DNA of 64,000 bases from Chiloscyllium plagiosum (Eukaryota). Positions 11,901 through 23,819 of this stretch are shown piece after piece. The notes under the pieces were generated by a model. The model was not told where the DNA came from. It saw nothing but the letters and a program-made list of their open reading frames with translations, and searched no databases. The stretch covers positions 13,595,189 to 13,659,188 of the forward strand of contig NC_057720.1 of assembly GCF_004010195.1 (NCBI RefSeq), given 5' to 3'. Each line of letters opens with the position of its first letter. Position 1 is the first letter of the stretch. The translations under genes were made by a program, and so were the position numbers.

Positions 11901-14900
11901 GCAGTGGACCTTCAATCAGATGCCAAACACTGTCCATGAACATAGACCTCATGTAATCGAGAACCAGGCTACAAGCCCTGGGGCAGGAATTTACAACAGC
12001 AATGAACAGTCTTCAGCTATGTGCCTCCCTTAATAACCAAATGAACATGTAGCTCCGTGTTTGCCAACAGCCCTCTCTCCCTCTCTCTCTCTTACTTAAT
12101 GCTACTAGTTTATCAATGCGACTAGTTAAACATTCTTTTCCTTAATGCTACTTGTTAGCGTTAATGATATGATTGGCTGGCGGCGATGGCATTCTGGGGA
12201 AGGGGGGAGTTTTCGGGACAGAACAAAGGTTATACAGTGTCTGAGCGGAAAGCTGTTCTGTGTGTTACTCTTCACGCTTTTCAGACCAGATGACCTTATT
12301 ACGACTAAGTCGCCGGGTTTACCTGTTGCTGCTTAACCCAGTGATTGAAAAGTCAACTACGCAAATCCTATTATGCGCTCTATAAAAACACTGACCTCAA
12401 GAGGAACTGAAGCTTGTTTGAAAGCAATACTCTTTCTTTCACCTCTCAGGCAGCACAGTTTGAATTCTCTCGGCTATCGCTTCCCCCATTTGGTTTCTTA
12501 CTCCATTTTCTACCTTCCCCTCAGAATATGGGAGGGTAATAAGTATATGGATGGCACCACTGCCTTCAGATTATTATCAGAAATGTTTGTTAAATTTGAC
12601 CCGTGAATGAGGTTTATTTCTCTGAACGTTATCCCACCATTGTTTCTCTGTTTCACTGATGCCCAGCTGTTAGGTTGCTCTGCCTTCTGCTGCCTGGAAG
12701 TGAGGTGGAGGCAGCTTCATTCGAGAGGACACTAAGATCATTACTTGAATGGAAGGAATGTGCAGCGTTAATGGGGAGAAGGCAGGAGATTGGAGTTAAG
12801 TCATGATGTTCATTCGGAGAGTTGGAACAGTGAAAATGGGCCAAATGGCCTCCTTCTAAACCGTAACAATTCTGTGATTCTATAGAATCTAAGCTTCCCT
12901 GAATCTCCATCTTTGAAATGTTCTTTACAACCAATCTCTGACTAGCTTTTGGCCAACTCTCTTATTCTCTCCTTACATTGCTTGGAATCAAATTCTGCTT
13001 GATTAACACTCCAAGGAAGTATCTTGGCACATTTTACCACATTGAAGGTGCCATATAAGCACAAGTCAGCACCATATCACCGATAGTTATGGAGTCACAA
13101 AGATATACAGCATGGAAACCAACCCTTCAGTCCAAATCATCCATGCCAACTAGATATCCTAGATCAATCTAGCCCCATTTGTCAGCATTTGGCCCATATT
13201 CCTCTAAACACTTCTCATCCCTGATGCCTTTTGGATGTTGTAATTGTACCAATCTCCACTTCCTCCACTGGCATCTCATTCCACACACGTACCACCCTCT
13301 GTGTAAACAAGTTGCCCCTTAGATCCCTTTTAAATCTTTCCCCTCTCACCTTAAATCTATGTCCTCTAGCTTTGGACTCCCCTACCCTGGGGAAAAAGAC
13401 CTTGACTATTTACCCTATCCGTGCCCCTCATAATTTTATAAACCTCTATAAGGTCACTCCTCAGCCTCTGACACTCCAGGGAAAGCAGCCCCAGCATATA
13501 CAGCCACTCCCAATAGCTCAGAGTCTCCAACCCTGCCGACATCCTTGAAAATCTTTTCTGAACCCTCTCAAGTTTCACCCATTCCTTTAAAATGAATCCT
13601 CTTGGTGGCTTACCCTGAGTTAAGTTCTGTACGATTCCTTCAGAATTAGTGTTGGCCACAGGGACGTCAATGAAGAAATGACATGATATAAAATTTGCTT
13701 AAATAATGAAGCATTTGGAGCCTACCCCCAACCCCACTCCCTTTTCTGCCAACCTCCACACCCCCTGTCCCAACCACTTCTCCACATGGTGCAATTTGAG
13801 AATAATTCAGTAACTCACCACCAGGGGAGCACTTCACCCAGCTGTTCACAAACACTTCCGAACAGTCGTTACTACAGAGCAATTTTTACCTTCCAAAGCC
13901 CATGAAGTTTTTTTTTCCCCTTAGTCATTCGCGGGATGAGGGGGGGGCATCACTGGCTGGGCCAACATTTAATGTCCATCCTTACTTGCCCAGAGGGTAG
14001 TTAAGAGTCAACCGCATTTTCTTCCCTATAGGGCACCAGATGGGTTTTCCTGACAATCAACAATGGATTCATGGTCATCATTGGATTCTTAATTCCAGAT
14101 ATTTATTGAATTCTAATTCCACCACCTGCCATGGCAGGATTCAAATCCAGGTTCCCAGAACGTTATCTGGGTCTCCGGATTAACAATCCAGTGATAATAT
14201 CACTCAGCCATCGCCGTCCCCATTAACTAGTCCAAAACCATTTACTGACCTTGGATTGATAGATTTTGATAAGGTAAGGCATGTGAAGGGTTGCAGATTC
14301 AAGATGACTATATGGCATTAAGCTAGAGAACAGCCATGATGGAGTAGTATGGCACAGACACAGCAGGGTTGAGGGGCTGAATGGTTAACCCAACTCCTTT
14401 GTTCTGGCTGAGATCAGTCTCTATGTGTGCTGTCCAGTGAGATATTCAATTCTGAAACAAACTGATTACAAGCTGGGAGAGTTTTGAAGGTGAACTGGTT
14501 ACACTCATTCTCCCTCATGTTTTGTATTGGTCTATCAAACACCCATTAAACCCCACTTCGCGAATGGGCTTTCTCCACCAACTCTCAAATTTGCAATTTC
14601 TGCTGTTTGTGGAGACAGAGTGACAAAGTGGGGCTGGGTATAGCACTGAGGGGGAGGAGATAGGCTCAGTTGCGAGTGTGGGACAGGAGCTGTGTCTTGT
14701 AATTGCAATCAAAGTTTTAAATGTAGCAGAAAAGAAAGTCATTCTTCTCATGTCTGATCACGTTTTTTGAAATTGAACCAATGTTGTTAGCATCATTCTG
14801 CATCACAAACCATCCATCCAGCCAACTGAGCTAACTGACCCCCACACAGAAAGCCATATACAGTATAATGGTGGCAGGGCACTGGAAAATGCTGACAGCA

Positions 14901-15504
14901 AGTCGGTACTAAAGACAAGTCGGCAACAAAGGTTAAAAACTGCGAACAGTAGTGAGAATTTGTGAAAAGTTGTTTTCCTAATATTCACTCATCGCCAGCC
15001 TGTGTTCAGAGCTGAAATTCGTGTCTTACAACCAAGACTGAAGGCTACAACTATACTGAAGCATGACAAACACAATGGAGAACAAATGATGAGTACGCAC
15101 TGTCTCTCAGAAAAATCACTATAATATGTCCTTTTTTAAAGAAAGGCATTGGACAAGAGGCTTAAGGACAACTAAAGGTTGGCAAAGTAGTCCCTTAATG
15201 TTTGGAAAAAAAATTACACATATCATTAAGACCTTACTTGTACAGAGTTGTAAGTTAATTTGTTTTTTATTTCTTTAAAAACTGTGCAAAAGTGGAATAA
15301 AGACCTTTATAATGTCACTGTATTACCTTTTTTTGGTATCAACTTCACATAAAGGTGCTGTTCAACAGTTTACTTTGAAAACAGAAATTATAAAAAGAAA
15401 TGAAATAGAACATGTAAAGTATCAATAATGAGAGAAGGCATCAAGAAAGAAAAGCAGTTTACTACGTTATACATCCTTTGTATAAAGGCAAGTAATAAAG
15501 AGCA

Positions 15505-16688
15505 GGAGAAAGTGAGGACTGCAGATGCTGGAGATCAGAGCTGAAAAATGTGTTGCTGGAAAAGCGCAGCAGGTCAGGCAGCATCCAAGGAGCAGGAGAA
15601 TCGATGTTTTGGGCATAAGCCCTTCTTCAGAAATAAGGAAGGTGTGCCAAGCAGGCTAAGATAAAAGTTGGGAGGAGGGACTTGGGGGAGGGGCATTGGG
15701 AATGCGATAGGTGGAAGGAGGTTAAGGTGGGGGNNNNNNNNNNNNNNNNNNNNNNNNNNNNNNNNNNNNNNNNNNNNNNNNNNNNNNNNNNNNNNNNNNN
15801 NNNNNNNNNNNNNNNNNNNNNNNNNNNNNNNNNNNNNNNNNNNNNNNNNNNNNNNNNNNNNNNNNNNNNNNNNNNNNNNNNNNNNNNNNNNNNNNNNNNN
15901 NNNNNNNNNNNNNNNNNNNNNNNNNNNNNNNNNNNNNNNNNNNNNNNNNNNNNNNNNNNNNNNNNNNNNNNNNNNNNNNNNNNNNNNNNNNNNNNNNNNN
16001 NNNNNNNNNNNNNNNNNNNNNNNNNNNNNNNNNNNNNNNNNNNNNNNNNNNNNNNNNNNNNNNNNNNNNNNNNNNNNNNNNNNNNNNNNNNNNNNNNNNN
16101 NNNNNNNNNNNNNNNNNNNNNNNNNNNNNNNNNNNNNNNNNNNNNNNNNNNNNNNNNNNNNNNNNNNNNNNNNNNNNNNNNNNNNNNNNNNNNNNNNNNN
16201 NNNNNNNNNNNNNNNNNNNNNNNNNNNNNNNNNNGGCGGAGGAGCGGGAGATGCGGTGGAGAGCATCGTCAACCATGTCTGAGGGGAAATTGCGGTCCTT
16301 GAAGAAGGAGGCCATCTGAGTTGTTCCGTATTGGAATTGGTCCTGCTGGGAGCAGATGCGGCGGAGGCGAAGGTATTGGGAATATGGGATGGCGTTTTTA
16401 CAGGGAGCAGGGTGGGAGGAGGTGTAATCTAGGTAGCTGTGGGAGTCGGTCGGTTTTTAGTAAATGTCCTTGTTGAGTCGGTAGCCCGAGATAGAGATGG
16501 AGAGGTCTCGGAAGGGGAGGGAGGAGTCTGAGACGGTCCAGGTAAATTTGAGGTCGGGGTGGAAGGTGTTAGTAAAGTGGATGAACTGTTCAACCTCCTC
16601 GTGGGAGCACGAGGTAGCGCCGATACAGTTATTGATGTAGCGGAGGAAAAGGTGGAGGGGGGGGCCAGTGTAGCTGTAGCCAGTGTAA
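15505..16688 (-). mobile_element. 5'-truncated Penelope-like element (family A): RT C-terminal half to terminal repeat, spanning a gap
   Basis: LFLRYINNCIGA (decayed RYIDD)…FTNTFHPDLKFTW…LPFRDLSI…KPTDSHSYLDYTSSHP. 12-bp TSD taataaagagca at 15493-15504 and 16689-16700. Confidence 0.9.
15734..16234. other. assembly gap
   Basis: Run of N. Confidence 1.
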
Positions 16689-17221
16689 TAATAAAGAGCA
16701 AACAAGAACAGAGGGCAAGCATCTGAACATTAAATTTGTTCAGCTCTGAAGAATAGTCATACTGCACTTGAAATGTTAACTCTGTTTCTATGCCTACTGA
16801 TATTGCCAGACCCACTGAGTTTCTCCAGTATTATCTGTGTTTCACATTTCCAGCATCCACAGTCTTTTTCTTTTGAATATCTGGATATGATTGGTGCTCC
16901 ATTAATATTCTATCAGATGTTCAGCTATTCAAAGAAAGAATGAATCATCATCTCATAGATCAACAGACAGTTAATGATGAAATTTCAAGGAGTCAAACTT
17001 ATTATCACTTTATGAAAAGAAAGATTGTGAAGAAAGGAAAGTGCAGATAGTTCTAGAAGATCACAAAGACCCTCACAAAATTTTCCAAATGTTAGAACAT
17101 CAGCTTAAGTCTCAAGTGAACATCAAGATACAGAAGCTTGCATTAATGCCAAACTTCCATCAACCAGGTGAAAATATCAATCAATTTATAGACAGATACT
17201 GATACAGAAGTATTAAATGTG

Positions 17222-18089
17222 ATAGCGACAGGAAAACAACACATACGGACCAAATATTGAACTACAGAAGCAATCATCCCAACACCCACAAACGAAGCTG
17301 CTTCAGAATATTATTTCAATGAGCCAAAACATACTGCAGCACAGAGGAACTATGCAGAGCAGAGGAAAATCATTTATACCGTGTATTCAAAAAGAATGGG
17401 TACCTAATGAACACAGTCCACCTATTTCTCAGCAACAAACCCAAACAAGCAGACAAAACACACCCAGAAACCCGAGCCACTCTCCCCTACATCAAAGACA
17501 TCTCAGAAATGACTGCCAGACTACGCAGACCCTTTAGCATCATGGTAGCCCACAAACCCACCAACACACTAAAACAGCAGCTAATGAACTTGAAAGACCC
17601 TATACAGACAACAAGCAAAACTAACGTCATTTACAAAATACCGTAAAAGGACAGTAACAAACACTACATTGGACAAACAGGCAGAAAACTAGCCACCAGG
17701 ATACATGAACACCAACTAGCCACAAAAAGACATGACCCTCTCTCACTAGTATCCTCACATAGGGATGAGGAAGGACACTATTTCAACTGGGACAACACAT
17801 CCATCCTAGGACAAGCCAAACAAAGCCAAAGAATTCCTAGAAGCATGGTATTCCAAATGGAACTCTATCAACAAACACATCGAGTTAGACCCCATCTAAG
17901 ACCTTCTGAGAAAAGGAACAGGATGTAACTTCACCTCAGGACATAACATCACCACAGGAAATGACATCACCAACCCAAAGAAACCCAAACATATAAATAG
18001 AAAGCCTGAGGCTCACTGAAGATGTTACCTAGTAGGGTAACGAAACGTCTGGAAATGAACCTCCTAGCTCAGCGAGCAAACCTACATCC
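17222..18089 (+). mobile_element. Penelope-like element (Poseidon-type) 3' part: RT thumb, GIY-YIG endonuclease and terminal repeat
   Basis: RKTTHTDQILNYRSNHP…LPYIKDISE…NVIYKIP*KDSNKHYIGQTGRKLATRIHEH. 13-bp TSD agtattaaatgtg at 17209-17221 and 18090-18102. Confidence 0.92.
18012..18052 (+). ncRNA. minimal type I hammerhead ribozyme motif in the PLE terminal repeat
   Basis: tca-CTGAAGA-T-GTTACCT-agta-GGGTAAC-GAAA-CGTC-tgg: 7-bp stem II and a GUC triplet. Confidence 0.8.
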
Positions 18090-18879
18090 AGTATTAAATG
18101 TGGTTTCACTAATGTTACCGCAGCTGAAAAAGGCTTTAGGATCTGGTTATTACCTCCACACCTATCAAATCTTTCCATAAGGCACTTCTAAAAAACATGA
18201 AGACAAATCTAAAAGTCTAACCTGACCGTGGCACACTGCTAAAAGAAGGATGCATATAGTAATTGTAGCAGAAGAGCAATACATACAGGTACTTGGTCTG
18301 CAATTGCTTTTATGACCACCAACAGGTTAGTCAAACATCCAAATCTTGTTTGAAGTGTGGCTTGTCCCGCCGACCAAAAACAGTGCCCAACATTTTGTGA
18401 CATTTGCAAGATATGTTTTGGAGAAGCACATTGGGCTACAATGCGAAGACGTCCAAGTGCTCGAGAAAGATAAAGTGCAACACAATATTCTACAGCAGCT
18501 TGTGAAACAGATCCAATGATAAAACAATCCCAAGGACATTTTCAAAGTTCTATCCACGGCACTCATGCATATCAATGAGATTCAAGATGTAACTGCAAAG
18601 TTAGAACAGACCCAGGAATGGACAACATGTACTGTGTGACAAGGTCCAAATGCAATTATCATCCCTTTAAGCATTTTACACAAGATATACTCAGGAAACT
18701 GGCACAATATGGTATAATGCGCATATGATAAGTTAACCTCTTCCAACAGGCTTGGCATCCCATACATTAGCATTATCCAGCTTAAATGCAAGTACAAATC
18801 CTTGCGATAGACATCTAAAGCCTGTTACATTGATATACAGCGAGACCAGGCATTGCTGAATCCACTAGATCCAGGCAGA

Positions 18880-19935
18880 TAAAAACCCTAAGAACTGTGG
18901 GTGCTGTGAATCAGAAACAAAAACAGAAATTGCTGGAAAAGTTCAGCAGATCTGGCAGCATCAATGAAGAGGAATCAGAGTTAACGTTTCTGGTCCGGTA
19001 ACCTTCCTCAGAACTGATGGTAGCTTGGAAAATGTTGGCTTATATTAGATTAGATTAGATTACTTACAGTGTGAAAACAGACCCTTCGGCCCAACAAGTC
19101 CACACCAACCCACTGAAGCGCAACGCACCCAGACCCCTTCCCCTACATTTCACCCCTTCACCTAACACTACGGGCAATTTAGCATGGCCAATTCACCTAA
19201 CCTGCACATTTTTGGACTGTGTGCAGAAGATGGGGGAAGGGGTGGCGTAGGGTGGGGTAGGGGAGAGGGATTAAGAAATAAATGATAGGTGGGGATAGAC
19301 CCTAAAGAGAGAGAAGAACAGTTGGACAGACAACGGTGTGGGTAACAATCTGGCTAGGAGGATAATTAGTTGTCAATGGAGCCCTCTGGACTCAATATCA
19401 AGCTCAATAATTTCAGGGTCTGATCTCTCCCATGTCCTGTGCACTTGTTATCACATTGGGCAAAAGTGAGGACTGCAGATGCTGAAGATCAGAGTCTAGA
19501 TTAGAGTGGTGCTGGAAAAGCACAGCAGGTCAGGCACATTGTCACATTGTCTGTCATTACACACTACCTATTGTTAGCCACTAACAATCTCCAGTAACAG
19601 CTATTCACCCTCCCAGCCAGATTGTTAGCTTGTCTAGGCAAAAGTGAGGACTGCAGATGCTGGAAACCGGAGTTTAGATCAGAGTGGTGCTGGAAAAGCA
19701 CAGCAGGTCAGGCAGCATCCGAAGAGCAGGAAAATTGACGTTTTGAGCAAAAGGCACTCCCTTGTCTGCTCAACTGCTCTTCCCTTTCTTTAGACTCTAT
19801 CCCCACCTATCGTTTACTCCTTACCCCTTCACCCCACCCAACATTTTCCTTGCTACCATCAGTTCTGAGGAAGGGTCACTGGACCCAAAATTTTAACTCT
19901 GCTTTCTCTTCACAGATGCTGCCAGACCCAGTAGG
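18880..19935. mobile_element. inverted-repeat PLE-derived element (family C) with a nested SINE and family A fragments
   Basis: 18945-19024 is the reverse complement of 19852-19930. The right arm has agttCTGAGGAaGGGTCactgGACCC(a)AAA; the left arm has the motif with intact GAAACGTTaact on the minus strand. Confidence 0.75.
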
Positions 19936-21466
19936 ATGTTGATCAGTTGCAACAGCTCATAAAGATCATCTTCAGTGGGTGACCTGGACACATCTAGCAG
20001 GTCCCCGAGCAAGCATGTTCCATCAGACCATTCAGAGATGAATTCATCCTCTCTAGAAATATAATGTGCAGAGGCAAACAAGGTATTATTCCATAAACCC
20101 TACACTGAGATATCCTCGAGCATAAAACACATAGGTCACATGGATGAAGAAAAAAAACATTTGATTTATATTTATTTACTGTCATGTATATTTTGTTACA
20201 AAACACAATGAAAAGTGTCGTATAGTGTCTCCACTCTCCAGTGCCATCTTAAAACGCAGATCAATAAACCAAAACATAGAATATATATTGGCCCGGCATC
20301 AGGAAAGACATCAATCGATGTAGGAAACATGCCAACTCCATCAATTTTGGTTACCGATAGAACGTCCTATTGAATAGTGGTACGAGATCACAACTAGCAT
20401 GTCTAGTGATAATGCTACATTCTGGTGACTGATCACTTCATCAAATTCCCTTTTATGGGACAAAGGTACCATGACTGGTACCAACTGTCAGTCAAAATTA
20501 TGGTTTGGATGCTTAAAGTATCAAAGCAGACGTTATGGCTCCTGATACATTCATTTATGACAACAGACCACATGCCATAAAGTGAAATTACAGCTGATTC
20601 ACATGATAATTGCATGAGGACCAGATCCAGTTATATTGAATGCCTGCCAGGTGTTACCTTATGTAATAATATCACGTACAATTGCATAGGCTTGTTCAGT
20701 TTTCCTATTCTGTAAAGGGAAAAACAGGGATCCCACATTATTGCAAAGATCTCAGAAAGAAACTACACATTTGAGACAGCTAGGTGTTATTGTGACATTC
20801 TAATATAGAAAGTTTCCACCTTATTTCCTGTCCAGACAAGCAGTCAGTTGTTAGCTGACCAGTCAACTAGAATAGTAGCAATATAACTAAACACAGAACT
20901 TAAACAATATGTAAATCTGAGATGTCATATCAGTGAACATTGTTGTTAATAAATTTCCAGATATCTGTCTCAATAGGAATCCAAGTGTCTGAGTTATGGA
21001 TTATGTGGGTGAACATATAGAAAAACACACCAAGACCAGACCAGATTCACATTTTCTGTTACTTTGAATGGATTTGTGAAGGACTTCTTAAAAATTGAAA
21101 ACCTTCACCAACTGCAGATCTTTAACCTGTTCTGTCCCGTACGCATGCAAAGAAGAATGAAGTTAAATGCTGAAGTGTGGGTTTAACACTTTCCTTCAGC
21201 TCTGATTGTCTTGCACCCCATGTTAAATTTACATATTTCATGTTGGGACTGGAAAGAAACTTGAGGAGTAACTCGTTAAAATGGATGTGGTAGTGGATGC
21301 AGCATCAAGTCTAACCTTTGGGACACCCTCCCACAGGAAGCTCAGCAAAGGCATGGAATTGAAGCCCTGCAAGACTCTGCAGTGTATCAATATGGTGAAG
21401 GAATTGTGCGTTTCTACACGTGGGATTGTACAACAACTCAATAAGTCTACGCAGCACGATAGATGT

Positions 21467-21938
21467 GTTGCTGAAAAAGCGCAGCAAGTCAGGCAGCATC
21501 CAAGGAGCAGGAGAATCGACGTTTCGGGCATAAACCCTTCTTCAGGAATGAGGAAGGTGTGCCAAGCAGGCTAAGATAAAAGGTAGGGAGGAGGGACTTG
21601 GGGAAGGGGCGTTGGGAATGCGATAGGTGGAAGGAGGTTAAGGTGAGGGTGATAGGCCGGAGAGGGTTTGGGGGCAGAGAGGTCGGGAAGAAGATTGCAG
21701 GTCAAGAAGGCGGTGCTGAGTCCGAGGGTTGTGGCTGAGATAAGGTGGGGGGAGGGGAAATGAGGAGGCTGGAGAAATCTGCATTCATCCCTTGTGGTTG
21801 GAGGGTTCCGCCTAGGAACCTCCTTATGCCGAAACGTTGATTCTCCTGCTCCTTGGATGCTACCTGACTTGCTGCGCTTTTCCAGCAACACACTTTTTAG
21901 CTCTGATGTCCAGCATCTGCAGTCCTCACTTTCTCCTC
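21467..21938. mobile_element. inverted-repeat mini-PLE (family A)
   Basis: Arms 21463-21532 and 21823-21893 are reverse complements. 17-bp TSD cgcagca(c/a)gatagatgt at 21450-21466 and 21939-21955. Hammerhead motif on the minus strand at 21518-21545. Confidence 0.85.
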
Positions 21939-23819
21939 CGCAGCAAGATAGATGTCCTGATTAGAAAGTAAGAGCTCAATGAGCTTCTTTAGCCCTGGAG
22001 TCCTGCAGGTTTCATAAGTACTTCTCTAAGAGTCTGCAAACCCTTGGTAAACATCACACGAATTTCACTTGGTCAGACAGACTCCAACAAGGACCCTATT
22101 AATAGATGCTTTCAAAATCCTTATAGTAGGCTCCTTTCACTTTGAGAGAAAAAGAATGAGTTTACCAGTGTTCTAATTAAGAATTGTGCAAGTATTTGCG
22201 GCAAACTCCTTACTATGTGCAAGTATTAGATTTAAAGCAGCAGCAAAGGTTAACGGAAGTGGACCAATTACTGAAATGTAAGAGGGGGTGAAATGCATCT
22301 GACTACTGCAGCTCGCTTCATTACCGAGACACTATGCTGGTGTCTTCAACACAATAAATCTGACTTCTTGACAGCTCTAGGTGTTTGTTTGAGGGCTTTC
22401 TCCAGTGGTTTCTTCTGCAAGTGACTGGAGGCCCCAATGCAGGAAATGAAATAATCCCCCCACTTGTACTGACATTAAAGTGTCCATTTGGCACCCAGGG
22501 TTATTAGCTTCGTAAAGCCCTCAGGTCTCACTTTTGACCCAGGCACTGCAAAAAGAAAAATACAGCAGACAGCACACCAGAGTTCAATGTTGAGTTTCTT
22601 TCTCCTGTTGTGCTGGCCTAGAGCTGTTGACAGTCGCCTACACTGACTTACATGTTTGTACAACACCCCCATGTTGCATGATATGCGCCTTATAGATTTT
22701 ATTAATTCCACGTGTACACAAAGTACTGTTGCATCTATTTTTACAGAAAGTGCTGTCGAAAAGTTTCAGTCTCTGAAATGCATGGGTGCAGTCCACAGAA
22801 CTAGTGACTCCCAGAGTATGGACTAATATATTTTGGCATAACGAACTGCAAGGAGGTGTGCTAAAAGGCAGGGCAAGTGAAATTCAGTTTAAAAGTCTCT
22901 CAACATTGCATTCTTGTCTTCCCAGTGTTCACAAAAGGCGTTTTCAAATACAGAAAGCAAGCAAGCTTGGGCAGGCTCCTGATCTTTTCCAAACAAAGTT
23001 TCTTGCCCAAGACATCCCACTTGATTCTTTTCAATACTTTTTCCTCCAGTGTTTTGTTTCCTTTCTCTCTCTCAATACTGGCCCTCCCTTGGTAAACACA
23101 GGCATCACATTCTGTGCAAAACAATAACTGCAGCACTCTGTCGAAGTGTGGCTCCTACCCAGTCAGAGTTTCAGCAGGACAGAAGGCTGCTCATCCCTGC
23201 AGTTAAAAGTGAGTCACCAAGAGTCAAACTGTTTCCCTTTGCCCCGGCCCGGGAAGCAGAGAAGGGAGTGGAGAAGGTAATATCTCTGAGCCTTGGTCTC
23301 TCCCAGCTCCCCTGGTGAGTTCACACGCACAGCTCCAGACCTTTGCTGGGTCGAGCTGCCTCCTGTTTGCTTCCTTCCATCCTGCCCCCTGCTCCCGGAC
23401 TGTGACTGGGCAGCCACAAGAGATTCCTCCCTCGGTCAGATTTCTCCAAACTTCTTCCCCTGATGGAGAACGAGGACATTTTGGCCTTCTTGTATTTGCT
23501 GTTGCAGCAATAGATGAGTGTCCTGGAACAAAGCACAACAACACACGCCGTTATTGAACAGGAATTGGGGAACCCAAAATAAACCTTGCCGATCTGAAGT
23601 TTACCATATTGTACCAATGGTTATAAAAGGTGGACTCTGAAAAGTTTAGGTGGATTGGCCATGCTAAAAGAAAGCTGCCCCATAGTGTTCAGGGATTTGG
23701 AGGCTACGTGGGTTAGCTGTGGTAAAAACCCCCTGCAGAGTTACAGGGTTGGGCGGGTCTAGGTGAGATGCTCTTTCGGCTCATCTGATGGGCTGAATGG
23801 CCTACTTCCATACTTATGA

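Larger units (their letters stand above)
16876..20790 (+). mobile_element. decayed Ty3/Gypsy LTR retrotransposon internal region (gag, protease-like, pre-integrase/integrase remnants) with nested insertions
   Basis: Hand translation: DPHKIFQMLEHQLKSQVNIKIQKLALMPNFHQPGENINQFIDRY*YRSIKC|GF (17068-17221, then 18103 onward); Zn-knuckle-like CLKCG…QCPTFCDICKICFGEAHWATM (~18347-18447); IIPLSILHKIY (~18660); LQQLIKIIFSG*PGHI*QVP…PFRDEF…CRGKQGIIP (~19947-20095); YWPGIRKDI (~20285). Many stops and frameshifts. LTRs not identified. Confidence 0.75.

Noticed and set aside
15574..16315. About 200-aa ORFs
   Set aside because: They span the N gap.
22900..23136. ORF resembling a TGF-beta prodomain start (CDAC…RIKWDVLGKKLCLE)
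   Set aside because: No ATG or signal peptide, an in-frame TAG lies seven codons upstream, the spacing is off, and no downstream exons were found; likely chance.
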